Shown here one piece after another: positions 37,134 to 46,758 of a stretch of DNA of 60,470 bases. The position numbers and the translations under genes are program-made. The first letter of the stretch is position 1. Each line of letters opens with the position of its first letter. The notes beneath the pieces were generated by a model. That model saw only the letters and a list, made by a program, of their open reading frames with translations. It was not told where the DNA came from and ran no database searches. The DNA lies in assembly GCA_964600005.1 (NCBI GenBank), contig CAZRHL010000001.1:1-60470 (forward strand). The letters are read 5' to 3'. The DNA comes from an uncultured Demequinaceae bacterium. Its GTDB lineage: Bacteria; Actinomycetota; Actinomycetes; Actinomycetales; Demequinaceae.

Positions 37134-37184
37134 GACGGCCCGGCTCCCACAGCGACGGCCCGGCTCCCACAGCGTCGGCCGGCT
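37134..37184. repeat. Intergenic 20-bp tandem repeat x2 plus a degenerate third copy
   Basis: gacggcccggctcccacagc at 37134-37153 and 37154-37173, then gtcggccggct. Confidence 0.85.
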
Positions 37185-38475
37185 AGAGCCGCCCCGCCGC
37201 CTTGAGAGCGAGATACGTGTCAGCTAAGCGCGGAGGCAACATCCCCGGCGGTGCAGTCACCACCTCTGCGCCAAGTTTGCGGATCGTTGCCGTGACGGCG
37301 TCCTTCTCGAGAGAGGCACGTGCGGCGGCGGCCGCGGCATAGACCGTCTCGGCATTGCCACGGGCACGCAGCATGTCGTGCTCCTCCGGGTCATCAACCG
37401 AGGCGACAACGACTTGGTGGTTTGCCTGCAGCGTGCCGATCGCCTGGAGAGCACCTGAGTCGATGAGGGAGGCGTCCACCGTGGTGAGCAACACGACGAG
37501 AGCACGCTGCGACAACCTGCCGTTGACGAGGCGCACGAGGGCGGGCCAGTCCGGCTCCACGAGGCTCGGCTCAATGGGGGCGAGAGCGGAGGCAAGGACC
37601 GGCATGAGCGCCGCTTCTGTGGGTCCTTGAGCACGAGCGCGCTCCTTGCGGTCGAAGGCGGTGACGTTGACGCGATCGCCCGCGCGCGAGGCGAGAGCAC
37701 TGAGGAGCAGGGCCGCCTCGATCGACGCATCAATGCGGGGTGCGTCGCCGACGCGCGCGGCAGAAAGCCTGCCCGTCTCGAGGACGATGAAGACCCGGCG
37801 ATCCCGTTCCGGGCGGAAGGTGCGAATCATCACCTCGGCCCGACGGCCTGTCGCCCGCCAGTCGATGGTGCGGACGTCATCGCCGATCACGTACTCGCGC
37901 AGCGAGTCGAACTCGGTGCCGGCGCCGCGCATCATGATGGGGCTGAGGCCATCGAGCTCGCGCAGGCGAGCGAGCCGGGCCGGCAGGTGCTTGCGTGAGG
38001 CAAACTCGGGAAGCACGCGCAGCGTCGTCGGCGTGGGCAGTGACCGCTGGCGACCTCCGAGGCGGAGGGGACCTTCCGTCCGGATCGTCACGGCAGCCGC
38101 ACGGCGTTCGCCGCGCCGCACTGGGCGCAAGGGCGTGACGAAAGCGCCTCGCTCCCCGGCGGCCAAGGAGAATCGGTGGCGGTTGCTGGCGGCGCCCGCG
38201 GATGGCGGCCATGCATCACGAATGGCGCCTCGGGTCGTCCGGGACGTCTCATTGACGAGTTCGACCGTGGAGGTCGTGCTCTCCGTCAGGCGTACTGCGC
38301 CGGGCACGAAGCGTCGGACCGATACGGAACGGGTGGGTGCCGCGAGGGCTGCGTCGAGGCAGGCGAAAGCGACAACTCCAAGCACCCACCACCATGCGAC
38401 GAGGCGGTCTTGCAAGAGGAAGGCGGGCACTGCCGCGCACAGTGCGAGGAGCGCCGTCCACCCGGTGATGTACAT
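37183..38475 (-). CDS. DUF58 (vWA-like) protein
   Basis: GTEFDSLREYVIGDDVRTIDWRAT; ends YLALKAAGRL. Confidence 0.9.
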   Translation of the reverse strand: MYITGWTALLALCAAVPAFLLQDRLVAWWWVLGVVAFACLDAALAAPTRSVSVRRFVPGAVRLTESTTSTVELVNETSRTTRGAIRDAWPPSAGAASNRHRFSLAAGERGAFVTPLRPVRRGERRAAAVTIRTEGPLRLGGRQRSLPTPTTLRVLPEFASRKHLPARLARLRELDGLSPIMMRGAGTEFDSLREYVIGDDVRTIDWRATGRRAEVMIRTFRPERDRRVFIVLETGRLSAARVGDAPRIDASIEAALLLSALASRAGDRVNVTAFDRKERARAQGPTEAALMPVLASALAPIEPSLVEPDWPALVRLVNGRLSQRALVVLLTTVDASLIDSGALQAIGTLQANHQVVVASVDDPEEHDMLRARGNAETVYAAAAAARASLEKDAVTATIRKLGAEVVTAPPGMLPPRLADTYLALKAAGRL

Positions 38476-38477
38476 CG

Positions 38478-39494
38478 TTAGCGCGGCACCGGTACGGCGG
38501 CCAGCACTGACTGCAGGACCGAGTCGCGCGTCACTCCCTCAAGCTCGGCCTCGGGCCGCAGCTGCATGCGGTGGACCATCGTCCACGAGGCAAGAGCCTT
38601 GACGTCGTCGGGGGACACGAAGGTGCGTCCGCGCATCCACGCCCACGCGCGCGCTCCGGCGAGCAGGGCGGTCGCACCACGCGGGGAGACGCCGAGCGCC
38701 ACCGACGGCATCGAACGGGTAGCCCGCACGAGGTCGACGACGTAACCCACCACGTCGTCCGACACCTCGACTCGTGCCACCTCTTCGCGGCCCTTTTCGA
38801 TGTCCGCGGGAGTTGCCACCTGGGTGACACCGGCGGCGGCAAGGTCGCGCGGGCTGAAGCCGTCAGCGTGCCGACGCAGCACTTTCCTTTCGTCGTCACG
38901 TTCCGGCAGACCGATGGGCAGCTTGAGCATGAAGCGGTCGAGCTGTGCCTCGGGAAGCGGGTAGGTGCCCTCGTACTCGACCGGGTTCTGGGTGGCGATG
39001 ACGAGGAACGGATCGGGCAGTGCGAGCGAGTCTCCGTCGACCGTCACCTGGCGCTCTTCCATTGCCTCGAGAAGCGACGACTGCGTCTTGGGAGGAGTGC
39101 GGTTGATCTCGTCTGCCAGCAGGAGGTTCGTGAAGACCGGTCCCGGGCGGAACGAGAACGCCGCCGTGCGGGCGTCGTACACGAGCGAACCGGTCACGTC
39201 ACCAGGCATGAGGTCGGGCGTGAACTGGACGCGCTTCGATTCGACACCGAGGGCGTGGGCCAGCGTGCGCACAAGAAGGGTCTTCGCGACACCCGGCACA
39301 CCCTCCAGCAGGACGTGCCCCTTGCACAGCAGCGCGATGACGAGGCCCGTGACCGCACGGTCCTGGCCGACCACGGCCTTGTCGATCTCAGCGCGCAGCG
39401 CTGCAAGCGCGTCACGAGCGGGAGACGGCGGCGGAGGGGCGTCGACAGGTGCCGTGGTGGGGGGCGGCGGCGTGAATTCGTCTGCGTTGGTCAC
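38478..39494 (-). CDS. moxR: MoxR-family AAA+ ATPase
   Basis: GVPGVAKT, QFTPDLMPGD, DEINRTPPKTQ, ATQNP, AQLDRF, SPRG. Confidence 0.95.
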   Translation of the reverse strand: MTNADEFTPPPPTTAPVDAPPPPSPARDALAALRAEIDKAVVGQDRAVTGLVIALLCKGHVLLEGVPGVAKTLLVRTLAHALGVESKRVQFTPDLMPGDVTGSLVYDARTAAFSFRPGPVFTNLLLADEINRTPPKTQSSLLEAMEERQVTVDGDSLALPDPFLVIATQNPVEYEGTYPLPEAQLDRFMLKLPIGLPERDDERKVLRRHADGFSPRDLAAAGVTQVATPADIEKGREEVARVEVSDDVVGYVVDLVRATRSMPSVALGVSPRGATALLAGARAWAWMRGRTFVSPDDVKALASWTMVHRMQLRPEAELEGVTRDSVLQSVLAAVPVPR

Positions 39495-40702
39495 GATCCG
39501 TGTACCTCGTTCTCTAGGGTGTCGATCTTCGACAACAGCGTCATCATCTCGGCTTCGGTCCGTGGCGGCGGCCCGAACAGCGTTTCTTGGACTTGTGCGC
39601 TCGTCCAGCCTGCGGCATTCGCGACTGCTGCCACGAGGGTCTTGTCATCAGCGTTGCGGGGGACGCCAACGCGTTGACCCATGCGGAGTGCAGCGGCGGC
39701 GCGCAACGACGCTGCGGCACGTCCCGACGCTCGTGCGGCGCGGTACATGCGGGCGCGGCCGCGCGTTGTCTCGGCGGCGCGGACGACCACGGGGAGCGGT
39801 TCGTGGATGATGGAGCCAAAGCGCCGGGCGCGCCACCAGGCGACGACGACGAGAGCGAGGCCGAGCGCATAAAGCGCGTTGCCCGTGCCGGGAGGCAAGA
39901 AGTCGGTGGAGGGCTGGAGCTCATCGAACTTCTCCGGCGTCATGCCGTCACCGGTCCACGTCAGCACGGTCGTGTCGTAAAGGGACCCGGTGTACCACAC
40001 CACGTTGTCGAGACCGCCGATGAGGCGCAGCATCAGTGCCGCATTGCCTTCCTCGGTGATCGCGCCGTTGGTGGCGATGGTGGGATCGGCGATGAGCGTC
40101 ACATCGGCTTTGCCTTCGCGCTGCACGGTCACCATGAGGGCACCGTCATCGGCGGGGAAGCAGCTCTCGTCGGAGTCCTCCGCATTGCGCCACACGCGAC
40201 CGTCTGTCTTCACCCGTCCTGCCGCGAGGGCGTCGACATTCACGCATTCTGCCGTCAGCACTCCGGCGTCGGCCGTGTTCGAGTAGATGAAGCGGGACGC
40301 GGCGCGTGCAACTGCAGCACCATCACCGAGGACAACAATCGGTCCGGGGTAGGCGAGCACGGATTGTGCCTGGTAGCCCTGCATAAAGGAGGAGCTGCCG
40401 ATGACGAGCGTCGTTGAGCTGGGGTCAGTGATGCGGGCCTTGACGAGCTCGTCGATCTGCCGCATGTGCACACCCTGATCGCCGGCGACTTCGGCGAGAG
40501 CCCGGGTGCCATGTGGCCCTGGGTTGTGTATTGACATCGGGATCGAGTCGGTGTCGGTGCGCGTGATGAAGCCGATGACGACGATGGCGACGAGCAGGCC
40601 CAGTGCGAGGAGCGCCCACCGGGCGCCCTTGATGCGCGCCTTCGCGCCGGGGCCCTTGTCAGCGCGATAGAAGTCCGCGCCAGCGTGCGTGACGGTGGTC
40701 AT
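39491..40702 (-). CDS. DUF4350-domain membrane protein
   Basis: N-terminal TM, P.PHGTRALA, GNAAL, RRFG...EPLPVVVRAAET. Confidence 0.8.
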   Translation of the reverse strand: MTTVTHAGADFYRADKGPGAKARIKGARWALLALGLLVAIVVIGFITRTDTDSIPMSIHNPGPHGTRALAEVAGDQGVHMRQIDELVKARITDPSSTTLVIGSSSFMQGYQAQSVLAYPGPIVVLGDGAAVARAASRFIYSNTADAGVLTAECVNVDALAAGRVKTDGRVWRNAEDSDESCFPADDGALMVTVQREGKADVTLIADPTIATNGAITEEGNAALMLRLIGGLDNVVWYTGSLYDTTVLTWTGDGMTPEKFDELQPSTDFLPPGTGNALYALGLALVVVAWWRARRFGSIIHEPLPVVVRAAETTRGRARMYRAARASGRAAASLRAAAALRMGQRVGVPRNADDKTLVAAVANAAGWTSAQVQETLFGPPPRTEAEMMTLLSKIDTLENEVHGS

Positions 40703-41340
40703 GACCGCACCCCGAGCCCAGCATGCGATAGAGCCCCTGCAAGCCGGTTCATGCGCTCGTAGGCCTCTTGGGAACCGGAGGCATGGCCATAGCGGATGCC
40801 GTCGAACAGCTCACCCGACCACAGCAGGTCCGCCGCATGGTCACTCAACGGGATCGCTGCGGCCTTGACGAACTCATACGCCGTCATGCCGGGCACTACT
40901 GCCACTGTGCCGCGTTTTTCTGCCCTGCGCACCATCGAGCGGAAGCGCTCGAGCACGGCAAGATCCCAGTCGCCGCGAGCGGCCGCTTCCTCTGCCGATG
41001 CGAGCATGGCCGACGCCGTGCGGTCGTCGTCGTCGAACACCGTGGCGGACCCAGACATTCGTCGGGAGCGGCGCAACGGCCCGAAGACGAGGTAGAGCAA
41101 GACGGCGATGAGGAGAGTGAAGATGACGCCAGCGATGATCGAGCCCGAGACATCGCCCACGGACACGCTCTCGGCTGAGCGGTCAAGCTTGCCAAGCTGT
41201 TCATTGATCCAGTCGAAGACCTGCTGAAGCCAGTCGGTGTGGTCGTCCCGGTAGATGTCCTTGGACAGCTCTTCCTCAAGCCAGCGTCGGGCGGTGTCTG
41301 CGTCCGGGTCGACCGGGACGTCGCGTATGAGCGCTGACAT
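40699..41340 (-). CDS. DUF4129-domain membrane protein
   Basis: PDADTARRWLEEELS, one TM, AVLERFR, TAYE, FDGIRYG. Start ATG 41340. Confidence 0.8.
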   Translation of the reverse strand: MSALIRDVPVDPDADTARRWLEEELSKDIYRDDHTDWLQQVFDWINEQLGKLDRSAESVSVGDVSGSIIAGVIFTLLIAVLLYLVFGPLRRSRRMSGSATVFDDDDRTASAMLASAEEAAARGDWDLAVLERFRSMVRRAEKRGTVAVVPGMTAYEFVKAAAIPLSDHAADLLWSGELFDGIRYGHASGSQEAYERMNRLAGALSHAGLGVRS

Positions 41341-41341
41341 G

Positions 41342-42496
41342 TCAGCCGACAGGTGGAGTGGCGGTGGCGCGTGCTTCGGCGGCGCGCGCCATGTCAAAGG
41401 CGAGGCCCTCCTTGCGGAAGCGCATGTCGAGGTAGATGAGCGCGGTGGCCGAGCCGACGAACGAGTACTGGACGATCGCGCTCGCGAGCAGCTGAATGAT
41501 GAGCGCAGCCCCGAAGGCGCCAAAGAACGCGATGTCGGACTCAGGTGAGATCGCCGAGACGACGAGCGCGACCATCTGCGTGCCGAAGGAGAACACCTGC
41601 TGGATTGCACCGTTGATCAAGCCGAGGACAAGAAGGATGAGGACGGTCCACCAGAAGCGCCCGGGAACGAGCCGGATGGCGCGGCGAATCGCGGCGAAGG
41701 GGCCGATCTTCTCAAGCATGAGCGCGGCGCGCGCGACAGGCAGGTAGACCGACATGACGATCATGCCGGGCGCAATGAGCACGAGCGCGAGGATCAGGGT
41801 GAGAGCGACGGCGCCGCCCATGCCGCTGTCGGCGGCGGCGCTGACGAAGATCGGTGCGAACACGACGCCGAACAGCAGGACGCTTGCGAGGATCGTGAGC
41901 AGGCCGAGCCCGAGCAGCGCCCAGATGCGTTCGATCGCGGTGCGCATCGCTTCGCCAAGCGACATGCGCCTGCCCAACGCAGCCTGTGCAACGGCAGGCA
42001 CGACAACCGCAGCCGAGAGGGTGTCTGACAGGATCCACACGATGCCGGCGAGGGCAAAAGCGCCGATCGTCTCAGGGCGCGGCTCAAAGGCGACATTGCT
42101 CGTCGCCGTGAAGAAGTCAGTGACGCCGCTGTCGGTGGCGGCGAGCCAGAACGCGGCCACCGTGATGAGCGCGCTCGCGAGGAACATGAGCACGGGTGCG
42201 CCCACAACGGCAGCGCGACTGAAGCGCATCGCACGGAAGGGCACGGTGAGGAAGTCGCCGAAGGGAAGTGGCCGCAGCGCGACGATGCCTGGCTGCCATG
42301 ACCGAAACGTGAGGCTCTCGGTCGGCGGCTCGGGCACGGATGGCTGAGCGGGTGCCGCATAGTCCGTGGGCGCAGGCGGCGGTCCCCAGCCGACGCTGCC
42401 GTGAGCGGGGCTGCCCGCATCCCAGGGGCTCGGTGACGGCGCGGAAGACGCGTCCGGTGCTGCCCAATCTCCACCAGGACCTTGGCGATCCGTCAC
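41342..42496 (-). CDS. Pro-rich N-terminus polytopic membrane protein of the MoxR cluster
   Basis: PGIVALRPL, LEKIGPFAAIRRA, LIYLDMRFRKEGL; GTG 42496 after GAGGAGG. Confidence 0.8.
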   Translation of the reverse strand: MTDRQGPGGDWAAPDASSAPSPSPWDAGSPAHGSVGWGPPPAPTDYAAPAQPSVPEPPTESLTFRSWQPGIVALRPLPFGDFLTVPFRAMRFSRAAVVGAPVLMFLASALITVAAFWLAATDSGVTDFFTATSNVAFEPRPETIGAFALAGIVWILSDTLSAAVVVPAVAQAALGRRMSLGEAMRTAIERIWALLGLGLLTILASVLLFGVVFAPIFVSAAADSGMGGAVALTLILALVLIAPGMIVMSVYLPVARAALMLEKIGPFAAIRRAIRLVPGRFWWTVLILLVLGLINGAIQQVFSFGTQMVALVVSAISPESDIAFFGAFGAALIIQLLASAIVQYSFVGSATALIYLDMRFRKEGLAFDMARAAEARATATPPVG

Positions 42497-42627
42497 AAAC
42501 CCTCCTCGGTTAACGCGCCTATCCTGCCATGGACGAGGTGTCGCGCACAGGTCTCGCACCGCTCAGCGCAGGAGCCTTCACCATGCGGGACAAGAGCCCG
42601 AAACATCGGGCGTGGCATCATGTCGCT

Positions 42628-43311
42628 ATGGCAGCCAAGATCCTGGTGGTCGACGACGATCCGGCCGTGGCCGAGATGACGGGCATTGTCCTGCGCGCAG
42701 ACGGCTTTGAACCGGTGTTCTGTGATCACGGCGATCGAGCCCTTGACGTGTTCCGTGCTGAGCAGCCAGACGTGATCCTCTTGGACCTCATGTTGCCCGG
42801 CAAGAGCGGAATCGACATCTGCCGGGAGATCCGGGCAGAGTCCGGCGTCCCCATCATCATGCTGACCGCGAAGTCGGACACCGTGGACGTGGTGCTTGGG
42901 CTCGAATCCGGCGCAGATGACTATGTGCCGAAGCCGTTCAAGCCGCGAGAGCTGATCGCCCGGGTGCGTGCCCGGCTGCGGCGCAATGATTCCGCCGCTC
43001 CGTCGGTGGTGCGCATCGGCGACCTTGAGATCGATGTGACGGGCCACCGCGTCTCCCGCGATGGCGAGGTCATCCAGCTCACCCCGCTCGAGTTCGATGT
43101 CCTCGTCACTCTTGCGCGCCACCCCGGAAAGGTGTTCACGCGAGAAGTCCTCCTTGAGGATGTGTGGGGCTACCGCCACGCCGCCGACACCCGCCTCGTC
43201 AATGTCCACATTCAGCGCCTGCGCGCCAAGATCGAGCGGGACCCAGAGAACCCGGAGATTGTGCTCACGGTGCGCGGCGTGGGCTACAAGGCGGGCGGCC
43301 ACTCACAGTGA
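42628..43311 (+). CDS. mtrA: Response regulator MtrA
   Basis: LTAKSDTVDVVLGLESGADDY, VWGYRHAADTRLVNVH, VLTVRGVGYKAG. Confidence 0.95.
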   Translation: MAAKILVVDDDPAVAEMTGIVLRADGFEPVFCDHGDRALDVFRAEQPDVILLDLMLPGKSGIDICREIRAESGVPIIMLTAKSDTVDVVLGLESGADDYVPKPFKPRELIARVRARLRRNDSAAPSVVRIGDLEIDVTGHRVSRDGEVIQLTPLEFDVLVTLARHPGKVFTREVLLEDVWGYRHAADTRLVNVHIQRLRAKIERDPENPEIVLTVRGVGYKAGGHSQ

Positions 43312-44939
43312 TCAGACGGGCGGGCGCCATCGGGGCGATGCTGCTCGCGCCGATGAGGAAGCTGTACCGGCGCTGGACGCATTCGATGCTCTTGCGCGTC
43401 ATCACGTCCACGTTGGTCGTCGGACTTGCCGCCGTTGCGCTGCTCGGCGCGTACGTCACGACGGAGATCCGCGACGGCCTTGTCGACAAGCGCATCGAAA
43501 GAGTCTTGGCAGAGTCAGCCCGAGACGTCGACGGCACCCAACAGGCGATCGATGCGTCGACGGCCGAGACCCCTGGTGACCTCCAGGACTTGGTCTACGA
43601 CCAGTTCGAGGCGCAAAGCAGGCTTGGCGGTGAGGGACGAAGCATCGTGTGGCTCCGCTCTCCGAGCAACGATGCCGACATCGTCCTCACGCCGCCTGTC
43701 ACTGAGCAGCGCCTTGTCACGGCAATCTCGCCGGCCCTGCGTGAATCGATTGAGCCGGGCGGGGGACAGTTCTGGCAGTTCACCACGATGCCTGGCTCAG
43801 ATGAGCCCGCGGTCGTCGTCGGCGCCCCGATCCATCTGCGCTCGGCGGGGCCGTACGAGCTGTACTTCGTCTATTCGCTCGCTGACGAGCAAGAGACGCT
43901 CGCGCTCATCCAGCGCGTTCTCGCCTTGGGTGCCGGTGTGCTCGTGGGCCTCGTCCTCTTCATGACGTGGACCGTCACACTGCAAGCGGTGCGCCCGGTG
44001 CGTGCGGCGGCGCGAGTTGCTGCCAGGCTTGCCGATGGCCATCTCACCGAACGCATGAAGGTGAAGGGCCACGACGAGATGGCGACTCTCGCGACCACCT
44101 TCAATGACATGGCCGCGTCTTTGCAGCGCCAGATCAACCGCATGGAAGACCTGTCCCGCCTCCAGCGCCGCTTTGTCTCTGACGTCTCCCACGAGTTGCG
44201 GACCCCGCTCACGACGATTCGCATGGCGGCCGACGTTCTTCACGACGCTCGCGGCGAGTTCGAGCCGGCGGTCGCGCGGTCGGCGGAGCTGCTGGCGACG
44301 CAGCTCGACCGCTTCGAGGCGCTCCTCGCGGACTTGCTTGAGATCTCCCGTATCGATGCCGGTGCCGCTCAACTTGACTTCGACGAGCACGACATCGCCG
44401 ATATCGCCCGTGACCAGATCGAAGGCCTCTACCCGGCAGCCGCGGAACAGGGCGTCGAGCTGCGCCTTTGGGTCCAAGCAGGCCGCCACACCGCGTCGAT
44501 GGATGCCCCGCGCGTGGGTCGCATCATCCGCAACCTTGTCTCGAACGCCATCGAGCACGCCCAAGAGAAGCCGGTCGATATCGCCGTGGCTTCCACGCAG
44601 CGAACGGTGGCGGTGCTCGTGCGCGACTACGGCGTCGGCCTCGCTCCTTCGCAGGTTCAGCGCGTCTTCGACCGCTTCTGGCGCGCCGACCCCGCCCGCG
44701 CGCGCACGATGGGCGGCACCGGTCTTGGCCTCTCGATCGCCCGAGAAGACGCGATGTTGCACGACGGCTCCCTTGAGGCATGGGGCAAGCCCGGCGACGG
44801 CGCGGCCTTCCGGCTCATGCTCCCGCGCGGTTCGCGCGGACTCGGCGTGCGCCCGCCGTTGCCGCTCGAGACAACGGCCGATGGCTTCGAGGCATTGGGT
44901 GAGCGCGTGCCGCTGGCTACGGAGGCGGTGGGGCTATGA
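43308..44939 (+). CDS. mtrB: Sensor histidine kinase MtrB
   Basis: YELYFVYSL, FVSDVSHELRTPLTT, RFWRADPARART.GGTGLGL. Confidence 0.95.
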   Translation: MIRRAGAIGAMLLAPMRKLYRRWTHSMLLRVITSTLVVGLAAVALLGAYVTTEIRDGLVDKRIERVLAESARDVDGTQQAIDASTAETPGDLQDLVYDQFEAQSRLGGEGRSIVWLRSPSNDADIVLTPPVTEQRLVTAISPALRESIEPGGGQFWQFTTMPGSDEPAVVVGAPIHLRSAGPYELYFVYSLADEQETLALIQRVLALGAGVLVGLVLFMTWTVTLQAVRPVRAAARVAARLADGHLTERMKVKGHDEMATLATTFNDMAASLQRQINRMEDLSRLQRRFVSDVSHELRTPLTTIRMAADVLHDARGEFEPAVARSAELLATQLDRFEALLADLLEISRIDAGAAQLDFDEHDIADIARDQIEGLYPAAAEQGVELRLWVQAGRHTASMDAPRVGRIIRNLVSNAIEHAQEKPVDIAVASTQRTVAVLVRDYGVGLAPSQVQRVFDRFWRADPARARTMGGTGLGLSIAREDAMLHDGSLEAWGKPGDGAAFRLMLPRGSRGLGVRPPLPLETTADGFEALGERVPLATEAVGL

Positions 44940-46651
44940 AGCGGATCGTTGCGCTCGCGCTTGCTTGTGGCGCCCTCGTTGCGTGCGCAGGCATCCCGAC
45001 GAGCGGCCCGGTGCGCGAAGGCGACTCGGAGGTTGCGCAGCAGCAGCCTTTCGCGCCGCTTTTGCAAGGTCCGACTCCCGACGCGTCACCCCGAGCCATC
45101 GTGCAGGGCTTCCTTGCCGCATCGTCGGGCGGATCGGTGTCCGGCTTCGATGTGGCGCGCGAGTTCCTCACGGACGAGGCGGCGATGACGTGGAACCCGC
45201 TCGCGCACGTGACGATCTTTGACTCACGCCAGGTGGAGCAGCTCTACGACGACGCGACAGGCACCCACACCTATCGCGTTCCGGTGGCCGCCGTGGTCGA
45301 CGCCGACGGTGTGATGATCGAAGCCTCATCCGATGTCCAGGCCGACGTCTCGTTCACTGTCACTCGGGACGAGTTCGGTCAGAACCGCATCTCGACGCTT
45401 GCCGACGGCATTGTGATGTCGGCGGCGGACTTCGGACGCTTCTTCAGGCCGCTCAAGCTCTACTTCGCTTCCGCCGACGCTCAGATCGCGATCCCCGAAG
45501 TGCGCTGGTTTGCCAACAACGACCAGGTGGCAACAGCGGTTGCGCGTGAACTTGTCGCAGGTCCCTCGCCATGGCTTGCAGATGCTGTGGTCACTGGTTT
45601 CCCGCCCGGCGCCGCCCTCGACATCGACGCCGTGGTCGTTGATGAAGGAACAGCTCTTGTCTCGTTGGCGACTGGCTCGAGCGGCACGAGCGATCAACGC
45701 GCATTGGCACAGGCGCAACTCGATCTCACCCTTCGCCAACTCATTTCCGTTCAGTCGGTCACTGTCACCGTTGGCGGCGTCCCGCTCGCAGGAGACCAGA
45801 CCGCGACTCTTGATCATGCGGACCTGCCGCCAGACACAGCCGCCGTCATCGCCGGAGATCGGCTTGGGCTCTTTGATGGCAGTGACGTGCTGGTGACGTC
45901 GATCGAGGCCGGTCTGTTGCCACCGCGCGCCTGGGGCCTCGCTCTCGCGTACGACTCGACGACCACCGCGTTTGTCGTGGACGGTGATGTTGCGGTCTCG
46001 ACGGTGCTCGCGCAGACCCCGGCGCTCGAGCTGTATGACCCGAGTGCACCGGTGCCTGCGGACGCGCCGTTGCTCGAGTTCGAGACGGTGCTCGACGGCG
46101 ACGACCTCATCGCGCCGTCCTTTGACCGTCATGGTTGGGTGTGGAGCACCGAGCGCACATCTGGGGGGAGCATCGTCGCCGCGCTGCCTGGCGGAGATCA
46201 GCTGACGTTCGACGCTCCGTGGCTTGCCGGACGCTCGGTTCAGGCGATCGCCGTGTCGCGAGACGGGACACGACTTGCGGTGCTGAGCAGAGCGACCGGC
46301 ACCGTCCAGTCCCTCGACGTCGCGGCCATCACGCGCGAACCCTCGGGGGCGCCGCTCAGCATCGGCCAACCGCTTGCGATGGTGCCCTCTCTCGAACCCG
46401 CACTCGACCTCACGTGGTCGGATGCAACAGGTCTCGTCACGTTGTTTGAGGACAGCGGCAACCTCGAAGAGTCTGAGGTGGGCGGCTGGACGCGCATGGA
46501 GGCAGTGCTGCCGGAGGCGCGGCGCATCACCGCTCGAAACGGCGTGCGCACCTTGCTTGCGATCGACGCAGAGGGCTCCTTGGTGGCGCGTGCTGGCAAC
46601 AGCTGGACTGTCCAGGTCATCGGCGTGAGCGACGTCGCCTACGCCGGCTAG
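44936..46651 (+). CDS. lpqB: Lipoprotein LpqB (GerMN + beta-propeller)
   Basis: Lipobox LVAC, IPTSGPV, IVQGFL, GPSPWL, VSRDGTRLA; third gene of mtrAB. Confidence 0.92.
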   Translation: MKRIVALALACGALVACAGIPTSGPVREGDSEVAQQQPFAPLLQGPTPDASPRAIVQGFLAASSGGSVSGFDVAREFLTDEAAMTWNPLAHVTIFDSRQVEQLYDDATGTHTYRVPVAAVVDADGVMIEASSDVQADVSFTVTRDEFGQNRISTLADGIVMSAADFGRFFRPLKLYFASADAQIAIPEVRWFANNDQVATAVARELVAGPSPWLADAVVTGFPPGAALDIDAVVVDEGTALVSLATGSSGTSDQRALAQAQLDLTLRQLISVQSVTVTVGGVPLAGDQTATLDHADLPPDTAAVIAGDRLGLFDGSDVLVTSIEAGLLPPRAWGLALAYDSTTTAFVVDGDVAVSTVLAQTPALELYDPSAPVPADAPLLEFETVLDGDDLIAPSFDRHGWVWSTERTSGGSIVAALPGGDQLTFDAPWLAGRSVQAIAVSRDGTRLAVLSRATGTVQSLDVAAITREPSGAPLSIGQPLAMVPSLEPALDLTWSDATGLVTLFEDSGNLEESEVGGWTRMEAVLPEARRITARNGVRTLLAIDAEGSLVARAGNSWTVQVIGVSDVAYAG

Positions 46652-46673
46652 CGCAATCGGAGGCGCGCTGAGA

Positions 46674-46708
46674 GTCCCCAAGCCCCTCGGGCTGGCTGTC
46701 TCCCCAAG
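46674..46708 (+). promoter_or_regulatory. Paired (G/C)TCCCCAAG boxes (26-bp period) upstream of comF
   Basis: GTCCCCAAG 46674-46682 and CTCCCCAAG 46700-46708; AAGGCT-N7-ATG 46759 follows. Confidence 0.5.
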
Positions 46709-46758
46709 GTGGGTCGGGGATGTTGCAGCGAGCAGCGTCGGCGCAAAGGCTGATGACC

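Noticed and set aside
37134-37184. Possible mini-CRISPR
   Set aside because: Adjacent 20-bp copies with no spacers and no cas genes.
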